This document shows positions 51,094 to 60,742 of a stretch of 64,000 nucleotides of DNA, one piece after another. The translations under genes and the position numbers were made by a program. Position 1 is the stretch's first letter, and the number at the start of each line of letters is the position of its first letter. Origin of the DNA: an uncultured Actinomycetota bacterium (lineage in GTDB: Bacteria > Actinomycetota > Actinomycetes > JAHEKZ01); the NCBI GenBank assembly GCA_963706045.1, contig CAVPLY010000005.1, positions 8,279 through 72,278 of the forward strand, given 5' to 3'. A model generated the notes under the pieces. The model searched no databases and had not been told where the DNA came from. It saw only the letters and a program-made list of their open reading frames with translations.

Positions 51094-51310
51094 ATCGGGG
51101 CCAAACCAGCGCCAAAGCCCGCCCCCTAGACTTAATCCGCCCCGATCCCAACCGATCGCGGCAGGGTCCAGCAGGTTTCCCACAAGGAATCCCGCACGTC
51201 CCGCCCGCGTAGGACGTGCGGAAAACTCCCCGCGCCGCACCTGACCTGCGAGTTCACCATGGCGCGAGCGCCTACTGGAAGCGAATATGGCCAGATCCGG
51301 AAGTGGCCGC
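51094..51310 (+). repeat. Copy 3 of the ~190-bp hairpin repeat (full length)
   Basis: ctagacttaatccgccccgatc...cgcggcagggtccagcaggtttcccacaaggaatcccgcacgtcccgcccgcgtaggacgtgcggaaaactcc...cacctgacctgcgagttcacc...atccggaagtggccg. Confidence 0.8.
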
Positions 51311-51608
51311 GGCCTACGGGATCGGGTTCGTTGTCCAATCTCTGCCACTTGTCGGCGTCCTCCGCGATCGGTCTCAGGTCGACGACGGCGAAGTACAGGC
51401 CGTACGCCTTGGCTAGCTCCTCGCCGCGCCGCCGCCGGCGTCTGCGGCACCGTAGCTCGCCATTGCGGTCGGCAGCGATGAACGTTCTGAACGGAGACCG
51501 GACCAAAGGCTCTAGCCCCCCGACGGTCATGCGCGATACCGCTTGGGCGGAGTGACGTCATGGTGCGACAGGCACGTGGTTCGAGGGTCGACCGTTGGGA
51601 GGTGCGGG

Positions 51609-52082
51609 ATGCAGGACGAGACGCTCATCGATCTCGTCGAGCGCTATCACGAGTACTACACGGCGCGTGACATCGACGCGATCATGGCGCTGTTCACCGA
51701 CGACGCCGTGGTGAACTGGGCTGGGGGCACTTTCCGGGGTAAGGCAAAGATCCGCAAGGTTGTGGAGTGGGACTTCGACCAGTCCCCCTCGGCCAGAGTG
51801 GACATCACCGGCATCGGCATCGTCACCGGGGATCGTCTGGCCATCGCCGAACGGGTTGTCCACCTCACCGCCGACGAGATCCCGTATGAGGAACCGGCCC
51901 TCACCGTGTTCGAGGTCGACGATCAAGGAGCGATCGTCGAGATGCGCTCGTACTACGACAAGCTGGGGTTGATGCACCAGATCGCTTCGAAGTACCCGGG
52001 CATCAAGGGGCGGCTGTTCCGCGCAATGACCGGCTTCCTCGTGAAGATGGGACGTCAGGGATTGGACGCCTCGCCCGACTGA
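51609..52082 (+). CDS. SnoaL-like / NTF2-like (ketosteroid-isomerase fold) protein
   Basis: LIDLVERYHEYYTARDIDAIMALFTDDAVVNWAGG is an NTF2-like pattern. ATG with a GGGAGG Shine-Dalgarno. Flanked by repeat copies 3 and 4. Confidence 0.7.
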   Translation: MQDETLIDLVERYHEYYTARDIDAIMALFTDDAVVNWAGGTFRGKAKIRKVVEWDFDQSPSARVDITGIGIVTGDRLAIAERVVHLTADEIPYEEPALTVFEVDDQGAIVEMRSYYDKLGLMHQIASKYPGIKGRLFRAMTGFLVKMGRQGLDASPD

Positions 52083-52250
52083 CGGGCGCACACTCACGCA
52101 CAGTGGCCAAGGGAAGTGTCCGGTCGAACTGACCGAGAGGGTGTCCTCGGCTCGCCCGCCACCTTGCCTTCAGCAGATGGGAATCCAGGCCTGACCTGGT
52201 CGCTGCGCGTGTCCCCCTCGACACCGCAGCAACGACCGAACAGCCACTGA

Positions 52251-52445
52251 GTCCCGCCCTCTAGACTTGATCCGCCCCGATCCGAACGGTTCGCGGCAGG
52301 GTCCAGCAGGTTTCCCACAAGGAATTCCGCACGTCCCGCCCCCGTAGGACGTGCGTAAAACGCCCGGCACTGCACCTGACCTGCGTGTTCATCAGAGTGT
52401 GAGTGCACGGTGGAAGTAGAAATGGTCGAATCTGGAAGTAGCGTC
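52251..52445 (+). repeat. Copy 4 of the ~190-bp hairpin repeat (full length)
   Basis: ctagacttgatccgccccgatc...cgcggcagggtccagcaggtttcccacaaggaattccgcacgtcccgcccccgtaggacgtgcgtaaaacgcc...cacctgacctgcgtgttcatc...atctggaagtagcg. Confidence 0.8.
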
Positions 52446-52479
52446 ACCTGGCGCAAGATTGGGTTCGTTTCGACAAAAG

Positions 52480-53460
52480 TCACTCGTCAGCTACCGGCCT
52501 CCTCGCCTGGAGACTGCTGAGCCTTTCCTCGGCCTTCTCCAGTTGCTTGGCGATCCGGCCCCGGAGCTGGGTGGTGCGGTCGAGTTCGGTCAGTGCGCTC
52601 GTGGCTGTCACTGAGCCTTCGAGGACCTGACGGTTGTCCAGCTGCTCGATGAGCTTTGCTCGACGCTCGTGGATCCAGACCCTGACCTCGCGCGGCTCCT
52701 TGAACAGGTGCTTGTAGTACGCGCGGAAGACGCGGTACCACTCTTCCTCGGTGACCGGGGTGATCTCATCGGTCCACTGATCCTCGACGTCCTTGTTACC
52801 CGACTTCATCCGCATGAGCGGGGCCAGCACGTCGTAGCGGAAGTCATGCGGGTCATCTGAGGCTCCAAGCTCTTCGGAGGGCTCCACACCTTCGAGCCGC
52901 GCATCTTCGGCGAAGGTCCACTCCCACAGTCGGTCCAGCCACTCCAGGTTCAGGGTCAGACCTTCCTCTCGGCCGTAGGAGTTGGTGGCTCTCTTGGCCC
53001 CCGTGTGGGCAGAGGCCTCGAGCAGGGCCTCTTCGTAGCAGTCGAGACGGCGGAGCTGCAGCAGGAGCATCAGGATCTGGTCGACTGCTCGCTGCTCGAC
53101 GGCACCTTGCGGGGCGTAGGCCTCAAGCAGTGAGACTAGGAACCCATCAACCTCGGTTGGGTCCTCGGCCATCGACCCCCGGGTGATAACTCGACGCTTG
53201 GCCGCGAAGACGCCATGCGTGGTGGCCTTCTGCGAGGAGCGCTGCTTGCCTTCCTCGGTCCGCGGCCCGGTGCTCTTCTGGGCGTTGGCGGCGTTGGCGC
53301 GCTTCTGCGCCTCGGTGGGCTTGGTCGACCTGGCTTGACTCTTCGCCCTGGTGGGCTTCTGCTTGGTAGGTGGCGCTGAAGTGGTCTTCCGCGGCATCGC
53401 CTTGCGGGCGGCCGCCTTCGGTGCCTTGCCTGCGCCGGCTGGGGTGCTGTCCTCTGCCAT
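52480..53460 (-). CDS. Hypothetical protein with a Lys/Ala/Pro-rich histone-H1-like N-terminal tail and a conserved acidic C-terminal domain
   Basis: ATG with a GAAGGAG Shine-Dalgarno. The N-terminal 95 aa are about 25% K/R and A/P-rich (AGKAPKAAARKAMPRKTTSAPPTKQKPTRAKSQ...). The MAEDPTEV motif is repeated. Confidence 0.6.
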   Translation of the reverse strand: MAEDSTPAGAGKAPKAAARKAMPRKTTSAPPTKQKPTRAKSQARSTKPTEAQKRANAANAQKSTGPRTEEGKQRSSQKATTHGVFAAKRRVITRGSMAEDPTEVDGFLVSLLEAYAPQGAVEQRAVDQILMLLLQLRRLDCYEEALLEASAHTGAKRATNSYGREEGLTLNLEWLDRLWEWTFAEDARLEGVEPSEELGASDDPHDFRYDVLAPLMRMKSGNKDVEDQWTDEITPVTEEEWYRVFRAYYKHLFKEPREVRVWIHERRAKLIEQLDNRQVLEGSVTATSALTELDRTTQLRGRIAKQLEKAEERLSSLQARRPVADE

Positions 53461-53921
53461 GACTGCTCCTTCAATAGATGGCTCTTACACCCCTTCTGTG
53501 GTCTCGACATGGGTCAGACAGGACGGGACCGGCAACCGTTTTGATGGCACTTCCAGGTCGGGTACCCATGGGCCTCGCGGCGTCTGGAACGTGACGACGC
53601 GTCTCACGAGATCGACATCGCGCCGTCTCGTGAAGCGTCACATGAACGCAGGGTGGGAAGTCAGTCCCGAGGTCGGCGAGGCGGCTGATCCCGCGGCCCC
53701 GGCCAGGCCGCTGTTAACCGGTGCGCCGCACATTCCGGCGGCTGGTAGGGATCCATCGGTCCGAGGTCCGAATGAGGGTGCGGAGGCACCTTCGTGAGCG
53801 GGCCGGGCCCCGGGATCAGAAGCTTGACGGTCCGATTAACGGGTTGAAGCCTTCCTGGAAAGCCCTACCAGGCCGTGAGGTGACGACATCTGACCTTCGG
53901 GGCACGACTAGCACCGCACTT

Positions 53922-54323
53922 CTAGACCCTGGTGATGTCGCGACCGTGTGCGGTGACCGCCCAAATGACGAACACGTCGATCGCGATGACGATGACGCTC
54001 CACCAGGGCTGATACGGAAGCCACAGGAAGTTCGCGACGGCACTGATCGAAGCAACGATCACGGCCACAGTGCGACCCCACACTGCACCCTGCAGCAGGG
54101 CGATCCCCGCGAGGAACATGATGATGCCGATGAGCAGGTGGATCCAGCCCCACGTTGTCGTGTCGAACTTGAAGACGTATTCCTGGCCGATCACGAAGGT
54201 CTCGTCGTTGACGATCGCTGCCAGACCCGCGAGGAATTGAAAGGTACCGACAATCATGAGCATCACGCTCGCAAAGGTGATGCCGGCGACCGCTGAACCG
54301 CTGTACTCAGTCTGTTCGGACAT
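53922..54323 (-). CDS. Integral membrane protein (DUF7144-like, four transmembrane helices)
   Basis: ATG (MSEQTEY) preceded by an AAGGAG Shine-Dalgarno. Hydrophobic helices follow (ITFASVMLMIVGTFQFLAGLAAIV ... WIHLLIGIIMFLAGIALL). Confidence 0.65.
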   Translation of the reverse strand: MSEQTEYSGSAVAGITFASVMLMIVGTFQFLAGLAAIVNDETFVIGQEYVFKFDTTTWGWIHLLIGIIMFLAGIALLQGAVWGRTVAVIVASISAVANFLWLPYQPWWSVIVIAIDVFVIWAVTAHGRDITRV

Positions 54324-54491
54324 TTCTGCTCCTTTGTCCATGTTCTATCCATGACGGTTCGATTCGATCGACACCACCGGCGTTGGTTGTCCGGCTCCTG
54401 AACGATGGCAGACAGCCGCTTCGTTCCTATGCCAGGAGAGGACTGACTCACCCGGGTGATCACGGATTGCGGCGATCGGGCATCCCCAGAC

Positions 54492-54692
54492 TCAGAGGGC
54501 GTGCGAACGGTCCAGTTCGGCCAGCACAGCCCGCTCGACAAGCACCGGTATGTAGGCACGAACGGTGGCTCCTTCGTACGTCCGCCACTCTTGCCGCACG
54601 ACGGAACGAATGTCATCTATAGGAACCCGGGGGTACTTGCGGGTCAGCCCCTCAGTGAGAGCCGCTACGACCTGCGTCTCGTCCAGCGACAT
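54492..54692 (-). CDS. Small hypothetical protein (66 aa)
   Basis: Internal ATG (MSLDETQVVAALTEGL...) with an AAAGGAA Shine-Dalgarno. The upstream part of the ORF is discarded. Confidence 0.4.
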   Translation of the reverse strand: MSLDETQVVAALTEGLTRKYPRVPIDDIRSVVRQEWRTYEGATVRAYIPVLVERAVLAELDRSHAL

Positions 54693-54853
54693 TTCGCATT
54701 CCTTTGACCTGTTGAGCCTGACAGTTACCCACGACCGCCGAGCTACGTCCGACAGCGCGACCTTCGCCTGGCGAACGGCACCACCTCGCTGCGGCACGGG
54801 CAACTAGCCCCAGGCCACAGCGAGGGTGAGCGTGCTCAGCTGACCGCAACCCC

Positions 54854-55240
54854 TCAGGACGCGAGAGCCTTGGCCTTGATCTGGTCGAACTCCGACTGCG
54901 TGATAGCCCCGCTGTCCAGCAATCCCTTGGCGTTCGCGATCTCGTCCGTACTGCTCGTGGGTACCGCGACGGACTTGATGTATTCAGCCTGGGCCTTCTG
55001 TGCCTCCCTCATCTGCTCTGCCTGACGCTGCTCCATGCCATGCCCCCTGACAAGCAGGTAGATCAGCATGCCCAGCAGAGGGAGGACAATCACGAACAGC
55101 ACCCACAGCGTCTTGACGCCGCCGCCGATGTCCCTGCTGCGGAAGATGTCACCAAAGATCCAGAAGAGGCACATGAACCACGCGAAGAAGAGAAAGAACT
55201 CGAACAAAGCCAGAAGAAACGAGCCATTGTCATCGAACAT
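54854..55240 (-). CDS. PLDc_N-domain membrane protein with C-terminal SHOCT domain
   Basis: Two transmembrane helices (LALFEFFLFFAWFMCLFWIFGDIFRSRD...LWVLFVIVLPLLGMLIYLLVRG), then DEIANAKGLLDSGAITQSEFDQIKAKAL, a SHOCT motif. Confidence 0.75.
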   Translation of the reverse strand: MFDDNGSFLLALFEFFLFFAWFMCLFWIFGDIFRSRDIGGGVKTLWVLFVIVLPLLGMLIYLLVRGHGMEQRQAEQMREAQKAQAEYIKSVAVPTSSTDEIANAKGLLDSGAITQSEFDQIKAKALAS

Positions 55241-55415
55241 CAGTCGTCCTCTCAGTCCAGCATCCAAGATCCCTCACTGGCGACACCCACCGTGGTCCAG
55301 CAACAGCGACGCTACTCCCGCCTGCTGGTGTCCACTGGGCGCTGAAGGTGGCTCACCCGGGTGAAACAGTAGAAGCCCGACCTTCACAGAGGCGTAACTG
55401 ACTAGCCTGCCGCAC

Positions 55416-56772
55416 ATGGGAGAAGACCAGCCCGGAGCCTGGCGCCGTCTCGCTGCCATCTCGTCCATCCTGCTCGCCATTGGTGTGGCGGTGACTTCGC
55501 TAGCGTGGGGTTTGGACGAGCCCTTCCGGATCCTCGCGCAACTCGGCCTCATGGTCGTCCTCTTGGGTGCAGCCTGGGTGGCACTGACCCGGACGGGTAC
55601 GCAGCGACTTGGAGCAGGGCTGGTTGCTGTGATCGCCATGGCTGGCCTGGCGGTGTCCCTGGTCAGCGCCGATGGCTGGCTCGGCGTGTCCGTGGTGGTG
55701 CGAGTGCTCGCGCTTGCTCGTGGCGGTTGCGCTCGCTCGGTATGCCCTCGGTGCCACGATGCAGGCTCTGAAGGGGGCCGACGTAGAAGGCACCCCCGTG
55801 GCGGCAGCGAAGCGTGGAGTTCTGTTCATGAACCTCAAGTCCGGTGGGGGCAAGGCCGAGCGGTTCCATCTGGTCGATGAGTGCACCCGCCGAGGGATTG
55901 AGCCGATCGTTCTGCAGCCTGGAGAGGACTGGCTGCAACGTGTGCGCGATGTGGCTGCAAGTGGGGTCGACGTGATCGGCATGGCTGGTGGCGACGGTTC
56001 GCAGGCCATGGTCGGCACCGTCGCTGCGGAGTTCGGTCTGCCTATGGTGGTCGTTCCCGCCGGCACAAGGAACCACCTCGCGCTCGACCTCGGCATCGAC
56101 CGCGATGACGTCGTCGGCGCCCTCGACGCCTATGGAGACGCTGTCGAGCGGCGTCTCGACCTGGCCGACGTGAATGGCCACGTCTTCGTCAACAATGTGT
56201 CGCTCGGCCTCTACGCGGCGATCGTTCGTTCCCCCGAGTACCGCGACGCCAAGGTCGACACAACCCTTGCAACGCTGCCGCAAGTCCTCGGTCCGGAAAC
56301 CGAAGCCTTCGACCTGAGGTTCATCGGGGCCGACGGCAAGAGGCACCAGAGCGCGCACGTGATCCAGATCTCGAACAACCCTTACGGTACGACCGTCCGG
56401 GGCATGGGTAGCCGTCCACGCCTGGACAGTGGTCAGCTGGGCGTCACGTCCCTCGATCTCGGGGAGGGCGCCGGCGTCTCCGGCTTCCTGGCCGCAGGCG
56501 CGACCGGACATCCGGACCGGTACGCAGGATTCATGTCTTGGGCGACGCCGACCTTCGAGGTCACTTCGGACGCTCCCATCGAGCTGGGACTCGACGGCGA
56601 AGCGCTGGTGATGAACCCGCCGCTGAGGTTCTCGATGCGGGAGCCGGTGCGCGTCAGGCTTCCCCACCAGGCCATCGGTTACTCACCAGCGGCGCGCTCA
56701 ATCGGATGGCGTCAGAGTCTGCACGAACTCTGGGGGGTCGCCCTCGGCCACCGCTCACACTTCGAGCGCTAG
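55416..56772 (+). pseudogene. Diacylglycerol-kinase-catalytic-domain (DAGK_cat/LCB5-like) lipid kinase with N-terminal transmembrane domain; frameshift near 55720
   Basis: N-terminal transmembrane region lies in ORF 55416..55880. The kinase domain (VLFMNLKSGGGKAERF...IGMAGGDGSQAMV...VVVPAGTRNHLALDLG) lies in ORF 55672..56772 in another frame. Confidence 0.7.
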
Positions 56773-56812
56773 CGGTCGCCGGACCTTCGGAGTGACCTAG
56801 AGAGGATTCGAG

Positions 56813-58225
56813 ATGAAAATGACCAAGGTTCAGCACCCGACCCTCGACGAGCGCCGCGAACGTGGCAAGGAGGCTCGCACCCAAACACCCCGCTCGGCCC
56901 TTGAGCTGTGGGAACCAGCACCGGATCGGCCCGATCCGGTCGGACTGCTCGGCGAGCAGGACGCGGTTCGCGAGCCGGACCTCGTGCCCGTACGGCACGG
57001 ACGCATGGCTGTTTCGCCATTCACCTTCTACCGCGGTGCCGCGAAGATCATGGCAGCTGATTTGGCATCGATACCCCGGTCTGGGATCGACGTCCAGCTG
57101 TGCGGGGATGCGCACCTGTCGAACTTCGGCGCCTTCGCCTCACCGGAGAGGACCCTGTTGTTCGACCTCAACGACTTCGACGAAACCCTCCCGGGTCCGT
57201 TCGAGTACGACGTCGCGCGCCTTGCCGCGAGTTTCTTCGTGGCCTCGCGCCAGGCCGGATTCGCTGAGGCAGACGCGCGAACTTCCGCGACTGCCTCGGT
57301 CGCGGCCTATCGGCAGGCCATGGCCGAGTTTGCCGAAATGCGGACACTTGACATCTGGTATTCGAGGCTGGACGCCGAGATGGTCGTGCAAGGCGGCATC
57401 CTCGCGCTGGGCAAAGGTAACCGCAAGCTCGCCAAGCGGGCCGAGAAGAATCTCCAGAAGGCGCGGAGCAAGGACAGTCTGCAGGCGCTGTCGAAGCTCA
57501 CCGAGGTCAGCGGAGGCGTGCGCCAGATCATCAGTGACCCCCCGGTTGTAGTTCCGATCCGTGATCTGGCCGAAGGAATGGGGTACTCAATCGAGACGAT
57601 CTTGGACGGCATTCACACGTTGCTCCGGTCCTACCGGTCGTCGTTGGCCGGGGACCGCCGGCTTCTGCTCGAACGGTTCGAGCTCGTCGACGTCGCGCGC
57701 AAGGTTGTGGGCGTGGGCAGCGTGGGGACTCGCGCCTGGATCGTGCTCCTACGCGGACGCGATGGCGACGACCCGTTGTTCCTCCAGGTCAAGGAGGCCA
57801 CCCGATCTGTGCTCGAAGACCATCTCCCGCAGAGCCGGTACAGGCAGCCCGGCGAACGGGTCGTGCAGGGGCAACGCCTGATGCAGGCGGCGAGTGACAT
57901 CTTCCTGGGGTGGGCGAAGGCGATCGTCGATGACCGCTACTACTACTGGCGCCAGCTACGTGACATGAAGGGGTCAGCGCTCGTCGACAGCTTCGACGCA
58001 GCGGCGATGAACTACTACGCCGGCGTCTGCGGATGGACGCTTGCACGGGCGCATGCACGCTCCGGTGATCCGGTCACCCTTTCCTCCTACTTGGGGCGAG
58101 GTGATCGATTCGACCGCTCCATGACGGCCTTCGCCGAGCGATACGCAGATCTCAACGAGCGCGACTACCTCGCGTTCACGACCGCGATCAGCGAGGGGCG
58201 CCTCGAGGCGTTGGCAGGGGTCTAG
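56813..58225 (+). CDS. DUF2252 domain protein
   Basis: 470 aa. Sequence features (RHGRMAVSPFTFYRGAAKIMAADLAS...CGDAHLSNFG) recalled as DUF2252. GAGAGGA Shine-Dalgarno upstream. Confidence 0.8.
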   Translation: MKMTKVQHPTLDERRERGKEARTQTPRSALELWEPAPDRPDPVGLLGEQDAVREPDLVPVRHGRMAVSPFTFYRGAAKIMAADLASIPRSGIDVQLCGDAHLSNFGAFASPERTLLFDLNDFDETLPGPFEYDVARLAASFFVASRQAGFAEADARTSATASVAAYRQAMAEFAEMRTLDIWYSRLDAEMVVQGGILALGKGNRKLAKRAEKNLQKARSKDSLQALSKLTEVSGGVRQIISDPPVVVPIRDLAEGMGYSIETILDGIHTLLRSYRSSLAGDRRLLLERFELVDVARKVVGVGSVGTRAWIVLLRGRDGDDPLFLQVKEATRSVLEDHLPQSRYRQPGERVVQGQRLMQAASDIFLGWAKAIVDDRYYYWRQLRDMKGSALVDSFDAAAMNYYAGVCGWTLARAHARSGDPVTLSSYLGRGDRFDRSMTAFAERYADLNERDYLAFTTAISEGRLEALAGV

Positions 58226-58282
58226 CGACAAGGGCGCGAACCTTCGCGTTAGAGCCTGCGCGAGCTCTGGGGCGTCACCCGC

Positions 58283-58954
58283 TCAGAGTTCGTTCACGGC
58301 GCGTGCCACAACGAGACCGATCAATGCGAGGGAGATCGCCGACTGTGTCATCAACCAGAGCTTGGACCAGTGCCTGATTGGCGAGACATCGGTCGGACCG
58401 AACGTGGTCGACGTATTGAAGGACAGCGCAAGGTAGTCGACAAACTGTGGGTACCAGTTGCCGTAGCCGGGGCCCTCGAGATCCTGCTCACGAAAGTGGA
58501 AGGCCGGCAGCCCCTGGAACGAGGCTTGAACGCGCGCCCCCGGTCCGCCGCTGTCGAGATGCCAGTACCAGAGGGCAAAGGCGATGACCGCCATGACCCA
58601 GATGATCGCGCCGGTGGCGAGCAACTGTCCTGTGCCACTGAGAGTCTCTCGCTCCAAGATCAGGACCACGAGCCGGACTGCGGACGCCGCGGTTGCCACC
58701 GTCATTGCTCCGATCATCACGCCGGTCACGGTGCGGAGCCACCGGGTTTCCCGGTCGATCCGTCCCGGGTCTCCCAGGATGAGAACGGCTACGAGTACCA
58801 GCAGGAATGCCGGGTAAGCGAAGGCTCCGAGGTCCGAGACCCGGAACTGGGCGGGAAGGAGGAGGTAGAGGAGGCCGTTCACGACCACGGCGGCCGCCAT
58901 CGGCAGGCGCCTCTCTCCCCGTCTCTCAGGGCCAACTGCAGGTGGCTCGGCCAT
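58283..58954 (-). CDS. DUF1345 membrane protein
   Basis: Start at the ATG (MAEPPAVG...) with a GGAGGA Shine-Dalgarno. Multiple transmembrane helices. The upstream 104 codons of the ORF are rejected. Confidence 0.65.
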   Translation of the reverse strand: MAEPPAVGPERRGERRLPMAAAVVVNGLLYLLLPAQFRVSDLGAFAYPAFLLVLVAVLILGDPGRIDRETRWLRTVTGVMIGAMTVATAASAVRLVVLILERETLSGTGQLLATGAIIWVMAVIAFALWYWHLDSGGPGARVQASFQGLPAFHFREQDLEGPGYGNWYPQFVDYLALSFNTSTTFGPTDVSPIRHWSKLWLMTQSAISLALIGLVVARAVNEL

Positions 58955-58980
58955 GCGGATCCTCCAGATTGTTCCGGGCC

Positions 58981-60741
58981 TCAGGCAGGATCCCTGGGGG
59001 TTGCTGGAGGGGCTGTCGGATCGGAGGCCGAGCCCTCGGACTCCCCTTCGATCCCCGACAACGCCATGTCGATCGATGGATAGACGTGCTGGCGCGTGAA
59101 GGTTGCAAACAAGCCGTACCGATCGAGGAGGTCTTCGATGCGGCTGCGCATCTCGACGAACACCACATTCACACCTTGACTGTTCAGCTCCTTGTCGAGC
59201 TGATCCAGCACATCCGCAGCCGTGACGTCGATGTCGGTGATCGCTTCGCACTGCAGCACGACCCATCGCGGCTTACGGCGCCGCACGAGCCTACGGATCT
59301 CCTGGCGGAAGATCCCTGCGTTCGCGAAGAACAGCGGAGCCTCCCAGCGGTAGACGACGATTCCGTCCATCTCTTCGGCCTCGGGGTAGCGATCGGTGCT
59401 GTGCCACCCATCGAGCTCGGCGACGTCGCCCCAGCACCTCTCCCTCCGGCCACCAGTTGCGCCGGAAGAACAGCAGGATCGACAGTACGACGGCGATCAG
59501 GATGCCCTGGAGCACACCGAAGAGGATCACGCCGAGGGACGTCACGAGTGAGATCACGAGGGCGGTCTTACGCATGCGGAGGTACGTGCGAAGGATCGAG
59601 AAATCGAAGAGAGTCAGCGCCGCCACGATCACCACGGCGGCGAGCGCCGGTTGTGGAAGGTTCTGTAGGAGCGAAGGCAGGAACAGAAGCAGGACGACCA
59701 CGACGGCTGGCGCCGGCGAGGCCCGTGACCTGCGACTTCGAGCCCGACTGCTCGGCGACCGCCGTTCGCGATCCGCTCGCCGAGATCGCGAAGCCCTGGA
59801 ACAGGCCGGCGGCAATGTTCGCTCCGCCCATCCCGATCATCTCTTGGTTGGGATTGACGTCGTCGCCCCTGCGGGCCGCGAAACTAGTCGATGTGGCGAT
59901 CGTGTCCGTCAGTGACACGAGGACGATGCCGAAGGAGGCCAGGAGCAAGGCCCCGAGAGTGTCGAGGGGGACGGAGGGGAAGGCAGGCGTCGGCAGCCCC
60001 TGCGGCAGCGCACCTACGACGTCGACACCTTCCGCGGCCAGGTCGAGGACGCCGGTGACCACCGTCGCGCCGACGACCGCAACGAGCACCGCGGGAATCT
60101 TCGACATAACGAGTGGAAGGATCAGCAGCACTGCCAGGGTGGCCAGGCCGATGGCCAGTGCCGTGGTATTCCGTCTGGTCCAGTCCCTCCAAGAACGATG
60201 TCACCTCGTCGACGAACCCGTCCGCGTCGGTCGAGAACCCGAAGAGCTTCGGCAGCTGGCCAACGATGATCGTGATCGCCAGGCCGTTCATGTAGCCGAC
60301 CTGCACTTCCTTGGAGAGCAGGTCGGCGACGAACCCCAGCTTCCCGAGGCCGAGACCGACCTCGATCGCGCCGACCATCAGGGCCATCATCCCCGCGAGC
60401 GCAACCGCTTCGGCGGGGTCGTCAGTCACCATCAGTGGCACGATCGCAGCGAAGATCAGCGGTGCAACAGAGGAGTCCGGGCCCAGTACCAGGATGCGGG
60501 AGGGGCCGAAGATCGCGTACCCGACGAGACAGGCGATCGTCGTGTACAGGCCGTTAACCGCGGGGACCCCTGCGAGCTCGGCGTAGGCCATGCCCTGCGG
60601 CACGAGGATTGCCGCTAGCACGATACCCGCGACGAGATCGTACCGAAGCCACGAGGGTCGGTAAGAGCGGAGCATCCCGATCCCCGGCGCCCACCGCAGG
60701 AGCGGGGATCGCTTGGTGCTAGCCGTCTGCTCCATGTTCAT
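58981..60741 (-). pseudogene. SulP-family anion (sulfate/bicarbonate) permease with C-terminal STAS domain, broken by at least three frameshifts
   Basis: Consecutive SulP segments lie in four different frame-ORFs: 59884..60882 (transmembrane helices 1-5, LVAGIVLAAILVPQGMAYAELAG), 59568..60131, 59291..59815 and 58981..59370 (STAS: VVYRWEAPLFFANAGIF...). Confidence 0.8.
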
Positions 60742-60742
60742 G

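Noticed and set aside
46833-52445. Integron-like cassette array interpretation of the four hairpin repeats
   Set aside because: No tyrosine-recombinase (intI) gene is nearby. The genes between repeats are in mixed orientations. The repeats are about 190 bp with IS remnants attached, which fits IS- or MITE-derived elements better than attC sites.
46833-52445. CRISPR array
   Set aside because: The repeats are about 190 bp and spaced 1-2.5 kb apart, not 25-40-bp direct repeats with uniform spacers. No cas genes are present.
58955-59266. N-terminal 104 codons of the DUF1345 ORF (MGRAAVRSDHRHRRHGCGCAGS...)
   Set aside because: Arg/His-rich junk that overlaps the SulP STAS coding segment. A good Shine-Dalgarno precedes the internal ATG at 58954.
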